Of a stretch of DNA of 64,000 bases, positions 46,778-55,530 are shown in pieces. The stretch is taken from the NCBI GenBank assembly GCA_039796295.1, contig JBDKJY010000021.1, positions 34,868 to 98,867 of the forward strand. Direction: 5' to 3'. A program made the translations under genes and the position numbers. The notes below the pieces were generated by a model. It ran no database searches, had not been told where the DNA came from, and worked only from the letters and a program-made list of their open reading frames with translations. Numbering within the stretch: the stretch's first letter is position 1; the number at the start of each line of letters is the position of its first letter. The DNA comes from Verrucomicrobiota bacterium (GTDB lineage Bacteria; Verrucomicrobiota; Verrucomicrobiia; Limisphaerales; SXTU01).

Positions 46778-46850
46778 CAGGTGTGAGGGTGTGAGAGTGA
46801 GGGGGAGGAACTTGCTCTCTCCCACACCCTCACACGCTCACACCTCCTGC
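46778..46850. repeat. hairpin element (GTGTGAGGGTGTG stem)
   Basis: Perfect 13-bp stem 46781-46793 GTGTGAGGGTGTG / 46823-46835 CACACCCTCACAC. It is followed by CCCACTTTC direct repeats (46853-46890). Confidence 0.6.
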
Positions 46851-46905
46851 CCGCCCACTTTCCCACTTTCCCACCCTCCCACTTTCCCCCTACCTTCGCC
46901 GCCTC

Positions 46906-48052
46906 ATGTTCGACCTAGTGAAAGTCCAGTTAGTCGCCACCGCCGAGAAGCTCGCGCAGTTACGGAGGTTTCTTTGACTTGCCCGGCACGCAGAAACGCC
47001 TAGCCGAGCTGGACTCCGTGATGGCACAGGAGTCGTTCTGGAATAATCGCGAGCAGGCGCAGAAGTCCATTGATGAGGCGAACGGCCTCCGCAAGAAGCT
47101 CGACCCGCTCCTGGCCGCCGAGAAGCAACTCGACGACCTCCGCATGATGGTCGAACTGGGTGAGGCCGAGCCGGTCGAAGCCCAGCCCACCGTCCTCCGC
47201 GACCTCACGCGCGACCTCGACAAGTTCGTCAAGGACCTCGACGCGCTGGAACTCAGCTTCTTGCTCAAAGGCCCGCACGACAAGAACGGCTGCATCCTCA
47301 GCATCAACGCCGGCGCGGGTGGCACCGAGGCGCAGGATTGGGCGAACATGCTCTTGCGCATGTATCAGCGCTGGGCCGAACTGCGCGGCTGGAAGGCGGA
47401 GGTCACTGACATTCTCCAGGGCGAAGTCGCCGGCGTGAAGAGCGCGACCATGACCATCGAGGGTGAGAACGCTTACGGCTTCGTCAAGGCCGAGCGCGGC
47501 GTCCACCGGCTCGTCCGCATCTCGCCGTTCGACTCGAACGGCCGCCGCCACACGAGCTTCGCCAGCGTGGATGTCATCGCGGAGATTGAGGAAGCGGGCG
47601 ACATCGTCATCAACCCGATTGACCTGAAGACCGACACCTTCCGCTCCGGCGGCAAGGGCGGGCAGAACGTGAACAAGGTCGAGACCGCCGTCCGCATCAC
47701 GCATGTGCCCACCGGCATTATCGTCGCTTCGCAAGGCCAGCGCTCGCAGCACCAGAACCGCGCGACGTGCATGAAGATGCTGCTGGCGAAGCTCTACGCG
47801 TTGCGCGAGGACCAGCAGAAGTCCGAGATGGAACGCTTCTACGGCGAGAAAGGCGCGATTGGTTTCGGCCAGCAGATTCGCAGCTACGTTTTCCAGCCTT
47901 ACCGCATGGTGAAGGATCTCCGCACCGGCGTGCAGACCAGCAACGTCCAAGGCGTGATGGACGGCGCGCTGGATGACTACGTGAACGGTTGGCTCCGCGC
48001 GGGCTGTCCGGCGAAGCGGATGCAGGGGGTGCCGGATGAAGCCGAGGAGTAA
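46906..48052 (+). CDS. prfB: peptide chain release factor 2, requires programmed +1 frameshift (join 46906..46974, 46976..48052)
   Basis: Frame 0 reads [26 protein letters not shown]. After the +1 shift it reads [24 protein letters not shown]... and contains GGTEAQDWA and [16 protein letters not shown] (GGQ). Confidence 0.9.
46964..46978 (+). other. RF2 programmed +1 frameshift site
   Basis: GGAGG (46964-46968) is followed by TTT, then CTT TGA C (46972-46978). The internal SD and 3-nt spacing match the classical E. coli prfB site. Confidence 0.85.
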
Positions 48053-48053
48053 G

Positions 48054-48137
48054 CAGTGTTCAGTGTTCAGTCGCGAACGCGGCTCGACGACCGACCGAAC
48101 TCTGGCTACTGAATACTGAACGCTGGTTACTGAATAC
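48054..48137. repeat. palindromic element, CAGTGTTCAGTG / CTGAATACTGAAC family (copy 2)
   Basis: CAGTGTTCAGTGTTCAGTC (48054-48072) versus CTACTGAATACTGAACGCTGGTTACTGAATAC (48106-48137). Confidence 0.6.
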
Positions 48138-48142
48138 TTCTC

Positions 48143-48949
48143 TTGGCCACCATCCTCGACACCATCTTCGCTCAGAAGCGGCTCGAAATCGCCAAGCTCC
48201 CGAACGAGCCCGTGACGGCTGCCGGATTGCGTGCGGCACTGAAGCAGCGCGGCCTGCGCGACTTCTTCGGTGCCCTCCGCCAGCCCCGGCGCGGCGATGT
48301 GGCACTCATCGCCGAGGTGAAGAAAGCCTCGCCGTCCAAGGGCGTTATTCGCGCGGACTTCGACCCGGTGAAGATTGCCTTGGAGTATCAAGCCGCTGGC
48401 GCGAGCTGCCTCTCCGTGCTGACCGACGAAAAGTTCTTCCAAGGCTCGCTCGACTACCTCGCCGCCATCCGCGCCGCCGTGGGCCTGCCGCTGCTGCGCA
48501 AGGACTTCATCATTGATGCTCGGCAAATTCGCGAGGCCGTCCAGTGGGGTGCGGATGCCGTTTTGCTCATCGTGGCGATTCTCGATGACCGCCAGCTCTA
48601 CGAATTCCACCAGCTCGCCACCGAGGCCGGTCTGGCTGCACTGGTGGAGGTGCATGACGAGCGCGAACTGGAGCGGGCTCTCGCCGTCGGCGCGCAGCTC
48701 ATCGGCGTGAACAACCGCAACTTGAAAACCTTCACCGTGGACATGGCCACCACCGAGCGCATCGCTACGCGGCTCTTCTCCGGTCCTGGCACGCGACACG
48801 GAGCATTGCTCGTAGCCGAGAGCGGCATTCACACGCGGGCCGACGTGCTCCGGCTCAAGCGCGGCGGCGCGCGCGCCATCCTCGTCGGCGAGTCGCTCAT
48901 GCGCGAAGCGGACCTAGGGGCTAAAGCCCGGGAGTTGTTAGGCACCTGA
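48143..48949 (+). CDS. trpC: indole-3-glycerol phosphate synthase
   Basis: ALIAEVKKASPSKG, SVLTDEKFFQGS, LLRKDFIID and IGVNNRNLKTF. TTG start. Confidence 0.9.
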   Translation: MATILDTIFAQKRLEIAKLPNEPVTAAGLRAALKQRGLRDFFGALRQPRRGDVALIAEVKKASPSKGVIRADFDPVKIALEYQAAGASCLSVLTDEKFFQGSLDYLAAIRAAVGLPLLRKDFIIDARQIREAVQWGADAVLLIVAILDDRQLYEFHQLATEAGLAALVEVHDERELERALAVGAQLIGVNNRNLKTFTVDMATTERIATRLFSGPGTRHGALLVAESGIHTRADVLRLKRGGARAILVGESLMREADLGAKARELLGT

Positions 48950-48969
48950 GTTTTGCTTAAGCTGCCGCC

Positions 48970-50499
48970 ATGAAAACACCCTTGCGCGTCCTCGTGGTCG
49001 AAGACTCCGAGTTCGACGCCAAGATGCTCATCCGCCTGCTGGACCGCGGCGGCTACGCCACGACCTATGAGCGCGTCCAGACGGCCGAAGACATGGCGGC
49101 CGCGCTCGCGAACAAGCTCTGGGACCTAGTCCTCTCCGATTACAATCTCCCTGGGTTCAACGCCACGCTCGCGCTCCAGCTTCTCCTCGCCACGAAGCTC
49201 GACCTGCCCTTCATCATTGTCTCCGGCGGCATCGGTGAAGACATCGCCGTGGCGGCGATGAAGTCCGGCGCGAGCGATTACCTGATGAAGGGCAACCTCG
49301 CGCGCCTCGTGCCCGCCGTGGAGCGCGAGTTGCGCGACGCCGCCGGACGCGCGGCCCGCCGGCGTGCCGAGAGCGAGCTGCGAGAGAGCGAGCAGCGCTA
49401 CCGCCTCCTCTGGGAGACCGCCCCCGACGCCATTCTGCTGCTGGACGCAAAGAGCGACATCCTCTTCGCCAACCCGGCGGTGCAAAACGTTTTCGGCTAC
49501 ACATCAGCGGAACTGGTTGGCAAGAACCTGACACTACTCCTGCCGGAGAAGCTCGGCGCGACCTCGGACACCGCGCTGCACCGGAAGGTCGGACATATCG
49601 TGACGGCTGCCCAGCGCCACTCGATCGAAACCGCCGGCGTGAAGCGCGACGGCTCCGAAGTCCTGCTGGAGCTCGCCTTCAACGACATGGAGCTCGGTGG
49701 CCAGCGGCTCTTCGTCGCCTTCATCCGTGACATCACCGAGCGCGAGCGCAACCGCCGCGAGTTGCTGGAGCACGCCGAACAGTTCCGCGTCGCGCGCGAG
49801 ATTCAGCAGCACTTGTTTCCCAAATCGGCGCCGCACTTGCCCGGCTTCGACATCGCGGGCGCGGCCTTCCCGGCGGCGGCGGCGGGCGGGGACTACTTCG
49901 ACTTCATGCCGATGGCTGACAATGGCCTCGGCCTCGTGGTCGGCGACGTGACCGGCCACGGCATCGGCCCCGCGCTCCTCATGGCCGAGACGCGCGCCTA
50001 CGTGCGCATCGCCGCGCTGAACCGCGCCGACCCCGGCGAAGTCCTCACACGCACCAACATCGCGCTGGCGGAGGACATCGGGAACGAGCGCTTCGTGACC
50101 CTGTTTCTGGGCCGGTTGGATGCTGCGCACCGTCGCCTCACCTACGTCAGCGCCGGCCATCCGCCCGGTTACCTGCTCGCCCCCGACGGCAGCGTGCGGA
50201 TGGAACTGCGCCGCACTGGCGTCCCGCTCGGGATGCGCCCGAACACGGAGTATCGCAACGCGCCCATCATCACGTTGGAACCGGGCGAAGTGGCGCTACT
50301 GCTCACCGATGGCATCGAGGAGGCGATGGGACCGGGCGACGAAATGTTTGGCACCGACCGGATGCTGGGCGTCCTGCGGGCCAATCGTGACCAGCCCGCT
50401 ACGCGCATCGTGGACGCGCTCTACTTGGCCGTGCGCGAGTTCTGCAAAGGCACCGAGCAGCAGGACGACGTGACGTGCATCGTAATGAAGGTGCTGTGA
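48970..50499 (+). CDS. response-regulator receiver / PAS / PP2C (SpoIIE-RsbU-type) phosphatase
   Basis: VLVVEDSEFD...LVLSDYNLPG (receiver domain), a PAS region (LLWETAPDAILLLD), and GGDYFDF...VVGDVTGHGIGPALLMA...DDVTCIVMKV (PPM). Confidence 0.85.
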   Translation: MKTPLRVLVVEDSEFDAKMLIRLLDRGGYATTYERVQTAEDMAAALANKLWDLVLSDYNLPGFNATLALQLLLATKLDLPFIIVSGGIGEDIAVAAMKSGASDYLMKGNLARLVPAVERELRDAAGRAARRRAESELRESEQRYRLLWETAPDAILLLDAKSDILFANPAVQNVFGYTSAELVGKNLTLLLPEKLGATSDTALHRKVGHIVTAAQRHSIETAGVKRDGSEVLLELAFNDMELGGQRLFVAFIRDITERERNRRELLEHAEQFRVAREIQQHLFPKSAPHLPGFDIAGAAFPAAAAGGDYFDFMPMADNGLGLVVGDVTGHGIGPALLMAETRAYVRIAALNRADPGEVLTRTNIALAEDIGNERFVTLFLGRLDAAHRRLTYVSAGHPPGYLLAPDGSVRMELRRTGVPLGMRPNTEYRNAPIITLEPGEVALLLTDGIEEAMGPGDEMFGTDRMLGVLRANRDQPATRIVDALYLAVREFCKGTEQQDDVTCIVMKVL

Positions 50500-50569
50500 G
50501 CGGCGCGATATGGAGTGCGGCGGCAGAGCGCAGCGGCGACGCCGTTTTCGGCCTGAAGGTGGAGTTTTG

Positions 50570-50685
50570 GCCACAGATGAACACAGATGAAACACAGATG
50601 GTTCCAAGTGCGGGGCGCTTTGTGCCCCAGTTACGCCTGCCTTCTACCGCCACCTATCTGTGTTTCATCTGTGCTCATCTGTGGC
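50570..50685. repeat. long hairpin element (32-nt arms)
   Basis: GCCACAGATGAACACAGATGAAACACAGATGG (50570-50601) versus CCTATCTGTGTTTCATCTGTGCTCATCTGTGGC (50653-50685), nearly perfectly complementary. The loop has its own GGGGC..GCCCC stem. Confidence 0.75.
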
Positions 50686-50716
50686 TAAAATATCGGGTCT
50701 GGCTGCCAAACGCGTC

Positions 50717-51703
50717 GTGAACCGCTTCCCCCAAGCCCTCGCCGCGCGCGGCCTCACCCTCCGGCGCGCCCCGCTGCACACGCTCCAAATCAACGTCGGG
50801 CGTAAGTGCAACCAAGCCTGCCGCCACTGTCATGTGGACGCCGCGCCGTGGCGCACCGAGATGATGGACGCGCCCACCGCCCAGCGCGTCGCTGAGTGGA
50901 TTCGTGCGCATCGGCCCGCCGTCGTGGACCTCACGGGCGGCGCGCCGGAATTGAGCGAGCACTTCCGCTTCCTCGTCGAAACCGCGCGCGCGTGCGGCTG
51001 CCATGTCATTGACCGCAACAACCTCACCATCATCGAGACCGAGGCGTTCGGCTGGCTGCCGGAGTTTCTCGCGGCGAACCAAGTGGAAGTCATCGCCTCG
51101 TTGCCCTGCTACTTGGAGGAGAACGTGAACGCCCAACGCGGCGACGGCGTCTTCGCCAAGAGCCTTCGCGCGCTGCGGAAGCTCAACGCCCTCGGCTACG
51201 GCTCGCGCCTGCCGCTGAACTTGGTTTACAACCCGCTCGGCCCGACGCTCCCGCCGCCGCAAGCCGAGCTGGAGGCCGACTACAAAACCGAGTTGCGCGC
51301 CCGCTTCGGCATCGAGTTCACCGGCCTTTTCACGATTACGAACCAACCCATCGCGCGCTTCGCCGAAGACCTGCGCGCGCTCGGCGAGTGGGACGCTTAC
51401 CTAGAGTTGCTCGCCAACGCCTTCAACCCCGCGACCGTCCCCGGCCTCATGTGCCGCAGCACGTTGAGCGTCGGCTGGCGTGGTGAACTCTACGACTGTG
51501 ACTTCAATCAGATGCTGGGGATGGCGATGAGTGCGGAATGCGGAATGCGGAATGCGGAGTCCCCCGGTCAGCCGCTTCATCTCTGGGAGGTCACGCCAGC
51601 AGAACTGACTGACCGTGCCATCCTGACCGGAGAACACTGTCTCGCCTGCACGGCGGGCGCGGGGAGCAGTTGTGGTGGGGCCGTGGTGGTCAACCCAGCT
51701 TGA
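50717..51703 (+). CDS. radical SAM / Cys-rich domain protein, ArsS-like (arsenosugar-biosynthesis type)
   Basis: LQINVGRKCNQACRHCHV (CxxxCxxC), LTGGAPEL, VGWRGELYDCDFNQML, and C-terminal HCLACTAGAGSSCGG. The start is uncertain: the GTG at 50660 lies inside the hairpin arm, so the GTG at 50717 is preferred. Confidence 0.7.
   Translation: MNRFPQALAARGLTLRRAPLHTLQINVGRKCNQACRHCHVDAAPWRTEMMDAPTAQRVAEWIRAHRPAVVDLTGGAPELSEHFRFLVETARACGCHVIDRNNLTIIETEAFGWLPEFLAANQVEVIASLPCYLEENVNAQRGDGVFAKSLRALRKLNALGYGSRLPLNLVYNPLGPTLPPPQAELEADYKTELRARFGIEFTGLFTITNQPIARFAEDLRALGEWDAYLELLANAFNPATVPGLMCRSTLSVGWRGELYDCDFNQMLGMAMSAECGMRNAESPGQPLHLWEVTPAELTDRAILTGEHCLACTAGAGSSCGGAVVVNPA
51533..51560 (+). repeat. heptanucleotide tandem repeat inside the ArsS-like CDS
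   Basis: GCGGAAT x3 (51533-51553) plus GCGGAGT (51554-60). It encodes AECGMRNAES. Confidence 0.8.
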
Positions 51704-51737
51704 GCAGGGCCGGTTCCGTCGCCGTCTGTAAGCGCAC

Positions 51738-54059
51738 ATGAATTCAAGCACCTGGCCCACGCTCGCGCTGTCGCTGCTCTTCGCGCTGCTGGTGAACCTT
51801 CCCTTGCACGCCGCCACGCTCGTAAAGAACGGCCAGCCCACGGCGGTGCTCGCGCTGCCGGCGGACCCGGACGCGTCGGAGAAACTTGCCGCGAAGGAAC
51901 TCACCGAGCACTTGGAGAAAATCTCCGGCGCGAAGTTGGAGAAGGTCACGGTCAGCGCCGCGGAGGTCGGCGACTTCATCAAGCAGAGCAAGGCGGCGGG
52001 TCGCGTCCCCATCTTCCTCGGGCGCAATGTCCGCGAGCGCGTGGGCCTGGCCGCGACCGCCGTGCGCGGCGCGTTTGCCCTGCACGTCACGGCGGACGCG
52101 GTGATGATTGCGGGCGTCGAGGAAGGCACGCACTTCGGCGCGATGGAGCTGCTCGAACAGCTCGGCTGCCGGTGGTTCATGCCCGGCCCGCTCGGCACCG
52201 TCATTCCCAAGCTCGCCACCGTGGATGCGCGTGTGCAGCAGACCGCGCAGTCGCCGTCGTTTCCTTCGCGCTGGTTTCAGATGCCGGACCGCGATTGGCA
52301 GGTGCGCGTGCGCTGCGGCGGCACGGTGTTCCTCGGCGGTCACGGCCTCCCGGCTCCCAAGGTCACGTTGAACAAGGCCACCAAGGCAATCGAGGACAAG
52401 GATGCGGCTGAGATGTTCGCGCTGGTTAAAGGCCAGCGCACGACGCGACAGCACTGCTTGTCGAACCCCAAGCTCCTCGAGTTTGCCATCAACCATGTGA
52501 AGCAGGCGCGCAAGGCCGGACGCGGGCCGGTCATCGGCATGGGGCCGAACGACGGCGGCGGCTTCTGCGAGTGCGAGCGTTGCCACGCGCTGGACGGCGG
52601 CGACTTCGATCCGTTCTCGAACGAGCTGTCCGTCACCGACCGCTACATCTGGTTCTTCAATCAGGTGCTCAAGGGCGTCGAGGGCGAGTTCCCGGACACG
52701 AAGCTCGCGTTCTACATCTACCACTCCTACATGCGGCCGCCGAAGCGCTGGAAGCCCGACGTGCGCATCATGGGCGCGCTCGCACCCATCGCGCTCGACC
52801 GCGTGCATGGCTTCTCGAATCCCATCGCGCCGGAGAAGAGTTACGTGCGTTCGCTCTACGAAGATTGGGGCAAGCTGCTGCCGGAACTCTACGACCGCGG
52901 CTACTGGAGCAACCTCGCCGACCCCGGCTTCCCGTTCATCATCGTCCACCGGCTGCGCGATGAAATCCCCGCGTGCCACGCGCTCGGCGTGAAGGGCTGG
53001 CGCGTCGAGACCTTCCCCAACTACGCGGCGCAGTTCCCCTCCATGTATATCGCCGCGAAGCTCATGTGGAATCATCAGGCGGACGTGGATGCGTTGCTGA
53101 AGGATTGCCACACCCAGTTCTTCGGCCCCGCCGCCGGGCCGATGGGCGAGTATCTCACGCTCATGGACGCGGCGTTGCGCGACGGCGACTTCTCCACTGG
53201 CTGCGCGTGGGATATGCCGCACTTCTACCCGCCGGCCTTGCGTGCGAAAGCCCGGGCGCTCCTCACGCAGGCAACCCAGCTCGCGCCCGCCGGCAGCGAC
53301 TACGCCGCGCGCGTAAAACTCCTCGGCCAAACCCTGGACATGCTCGATGCGTTTAACACGATGATGGACGCCCGCGTGCGCGTGGACTTCGTCACGGCGA
53401 AAGCCGAGCTGACCAAGCTCGACGCCGTGGCTGAGGAACTCATGGGCTTGAAGCCGGTGGCGATGGTTTCCGCCGGGCGCTTCAGCACCTACGTGAATTA
53501 CATGAAGCGCTTCTACCGCCCTTGCACCGAGCAGGGTTTCAAGCGCGTCACCGACGGAAACCAGCTCATCGCCGCCGCGCCGGACGAGTGGCAGTTCCAG
53601 ATTGACCCGGCAAAAATCGGCGAGGACATCGGTCTGTGGCGGGCGGAAACCACCGGCGGCAACTGGCAGCGGCTCAAGACCTCCAGTTCCTCGTGGAGCA
53701 ACCAGGGCCTTCGCTACTACAAGGGCCTCGCGTGGTATCGCACGACGGTGGACGTGCCCGCGAAGTTCGCCGGGCAACGGGTCTTCCTCTGGTGCGGCGG
53801 TGTGGACGAGGCGGCGAAGGTCTGGGTGAACGGCCAGCATCTCGGCAACAGCCCCGGCGCGGCCTTCTACCCGTTCGAGATGGACGCCACGGAAGCGGTG
53901 AAGCCGGGGAAGAACACCCTCGTGGTCTGCATCTCGAACCAAGTCGTGAACGAACTCGGCACCGGCGGCATTGTCGCGCCGGTCATCCTCTACGCGCCGG
54001 CGCTCGGCAAGGAGGCGAAGCTGGAGAACATCCGCGACCTGAAGCCGACGTTTCCGTGA
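51738..54059 (+). CDS. DUF4838-like secreted glycoside-hydrolase-related protein with a C-terminal galactose-binding-like domain
   Basis: Signal peptide, then GAMELLEQLGCRWFMPG, DGGGFCECERCHALD, and C-terminal YYKGLAWYRTTVDVPAKFAGQRVFLWCGGVDEAAKVWVNGQHLG. Confidence 0.6.
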   Translation: MNSSTWPTLALSLLFALLVNLPLHAATLVKNGQPTAVLALPADPDASEKLAAKELTEHLEKISGAKLEKVTVSAAEVGDFIKQSKAAGRVPIFLGRNVRERVGLAATAVRGAFALHVTADAVMIAGVEEGTHFGAMELLEQLGCRWFMPGPLGTVIPKLATVDARVQQTAQSPSFPSRWFQMPDRDWQVRVRCGGTVFLGGHGLPAPKVTLNKATKAIEDKDAAEMFALVKGQRTTRQHCLSNPKLLEFAINHVKQARKAGRGPVIGMGPNDGGGFCECERCHALDGGDFDPFSNELSVTDRYIWFFNQVLKGVEGEFPDTKLAFYIYHSYMRPPKRWKPDVRIMGALAPIALDRVHGFSNPIAPEKSYVRSLYEDWGKLLPELYDRGYWSNLADPGFPFIIVHRLRDEIPACHALGVKGWRVETFPNYAAQFPSMYIAAKLMWNHQADVDALLKDCHTQFFGPAAGPMGEYLTLMDAALRDGDFSTGCAWDMPHFYPPALRAKARALLTQATQLAPAGSDYAARVKLLGQTLDMLDAFNTMMDARVRVDFVTAKAELTKLDAVAEELMGLKPVAMVSAGRFSTYVNYMKRFYRPCTEQGFKRVTDGNQLIAAAPDEWQFQIDPAKIGEDIGLWRAETTGGNWQRLKTSSSSWSNQGLRYYKGLAWYRTTVDVPAKFAGQRVFLWCGGVDEAAKVWVNGQHLGNSPGAAFYPFEMDATEAVKPGKNTLVVCISNQVVNELGTGGIVAPVILYAPALGKEAKLENIRDLKPTFP

Positions 54060-54071
54060 GTTTGTTTGGAG

Positions 54072-54091
54072 CCCGGACGCCTACGTCCGGG
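54072..54091 (+). terminator. hairpin downstream of the DUF4838-like gene
   Basis: CCCGGACG-CCTA-CGTCCGGG. A second hairpin GCGGACG-TGGG-CGTCCGC lies at 54117-54134. There is no T-tract. Confidence 0.35.
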
Positions 54092-54193
54092 TGGCCAAAG
54101 TGCTACGGCAGCGGCTGCGGACGTGGGCGTCCGCGCTCCAAATCGGGCCACTTCCCGTTTGACGCGCCTTTGTGTTCTGTAAAAGTCGCCGCC

Positions 54194-55213
54194 ATGAAAT
54201 CACTGTTCCGCACTGCCCCAGCCCTTGCCTTCGCCACGTTGCTCGCCGCCCCGCTCGCCCACGCCGAGGTGAACGTCGTCGAGAAGGTTGCCACCGACGT
54301 TTACTTCCACGAGGGCGACATCGGTCGCCACGGGCATTGCAACAACGGCTGGATCGTCTTCAGCGACTACGTGCTCGTCATTGACGCGAACTTCCCCTCG
54401 GGCGCGCAGGTCGTGCTCCCGAAAATCAAGGCGCTCACCGACAAACCCATCAAGTTCGCCTTCGACACCCATCACCACGGCGACCACGCCTACGGCAACC
54501 AAGTCATGCACGAAGCCGGCGCGACCATCGTCGGGCACGCGGGCGTGCTGGCGGAGATGAAGAAATACGAGACGAACTTCTTTACTGGCAAAGGCCCGGG
54601 CCGTTGGGAAGACGCCGCGAAGGGCCGCAAGGATGTCGCCGCCAGCAAGCTCCGCCCGCCCAGCCTGCTGTTCGAGGAGAAGATGGCCTTCGACGACGGC
54701 ACGCACCGCGTGGAACTGCTGCACCTCGGCGTCGCGCACACGCACGGCGACGGCTGGGCTTGGCTGCCGAAGGAGCGCATCGTCTTCACCGGCGACGCTT
54801 GCGTGAACGGCCCCTACAACTACATCGGCGACGGCAACATCCACGAGTGGATTAAGACCCTCGACAAGGTCATCGCGCTCAAGCCGCTGAAGGTTTGCCC
54901 CGCGCATGGCCCGAGCGGCGGCCCCGAGGTGCTGGCGAACCAACAGCACTATTTCAAATCTCTCCTCGCCGAGGTGAAGAAGCTCAAGGACGCCGGCAAG
55001 ACCGCCGCCGAAGTGCAGGCCGCTTCCAACACGATCAAGGAAACCCTCCGCAAGGACGAGCGCATCGCCCACTACATCGGCCAGTTCATCGACGCGCAGG
55101 TGCAGAAGGCGTGGACCGAGATGGGCGGCGCGGCCTTCCCGGCGAAGAAGCAGGCGCAGGCGGAGCCGGTGAAGCTGAAGGCCCGGGAACTTCTCGCGGT
55201 CGCGCGGGAGTGA
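54194..55213 (+). CDS. MBL-fold metallo-hydrolase, secreted
   Basis: MKSLFRTAPALAFATLLAAPLAHA, then FDTHHHGDHAYGN (HxHxDH). The ORF-track start at 53636 is an over-extension. Confidence 0.8.
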   Translation: MKSLFRTAPALAFATLLAAPLAHAEVNVVEKVATDVYFHEGDIGRHGHCNNGWIVFSDYVLVIDANFPSGAQVVLPKIKALTDKPIKFAFDTHHHGDHAYGNQVMHEAGATIVGHAGVLAEMKKYETNFFTGKGPGRWEDAAKGRKDVAASKLRPPSLLFEEKMAFDDGTHRVELLHLGVAHTHGDGWAWLPKERIVFTGDACVNGPYNYIGDGNIHEWIKTLDKVIALKPLKVCPAHGPSGGPEVLANQQHYFKSLLAEVKKLKDAGKTAAEVQAASNTIKETLRKDERIAHYIGQFIDAQVQKAWTEMGGAAFPAKKQAQAEPVKLKARELLAVARE

Positions 55214-55230
55214 CCGCCAGCGGGGGAAAA

Positions 55231-55461
55231 GCAGGTGACAGGCTGTTTCAGGCAGGTTCCTGAGCCGTCCGGGAGGTTGCCCGCGTGACTCAGGCAGCTG
55301 TCCGAACAGAAAAGGCAGCCGCCCAAACGGACAAGACAACTGCCCCAACTGAAAAGACAGTTGCCCGAGCATAAAAGGCACCTGCCCGAATGAAAAAGGC
55401 AGCCTCCCGATCTAAAAAGGCAGTCGACCGAACCTCCCCGGCAGCTCCCGGGACCGCTCAG
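55231..55461. repeat. 11-unit tandem array of a 21-bp repeat, approximate consensus GCAGCTGCCCGAANNGAAAAG
   Basis: Units start at 55231, 55252, 55273, 55294, 55315, 55336, 55357, 55378, 55399, 55420 and 55441, with no indels in register. The central units end in AAAAG. Confidence 0.8.
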
Positions 55462-55530
55462 TCACTCGCCTGAGCCACAGCCAGTTGCCGCAACGACGCC
55501 GGCGAGGTGGATTCGATTCCTCGCGCCAGT

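Noticed and set aside
50717-51703. Possible selenocysteine in the ArsS-like protein (some family members are selenoproteins)
   Set aside because: There is no in-frame TGA. The C-terminal motif is encoded with Cys codons throughout.
53636-54193. 5' extension of the MBL hydrolase ORF overlapping the end of the DUF4838-like gene (similarly 55507..55737, 35582..35713 and 9993..10520)
   Set aside because: The extensions run through the preceding gene or through repeat elements. In each case an internal ATG is followed by a signal peptide or a conserved N-terminus.
55231-55461. Considered whether the 21-bp array is a CRISPR array or a live heptad-repeat gene
   Set aside because: There are no unique spacers between repeats and the period is too short for CRISPR. 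All plausible reading frames contain stop codons and have low GC3, so it is reported as a non-coding tandem repeat instead.
55505-55528. GGTGGATTCGATTCCTCGCGCCA resembles a tRNA T-arm/acceptor 3' end
   Set aside because: There is no complementary 5' acceptor strand, D-arm or anticodon arm in the preceding 75 nt, and the stem-loop has an 11-nt loop. At most it is a tRNA-like fragment and is not callable.
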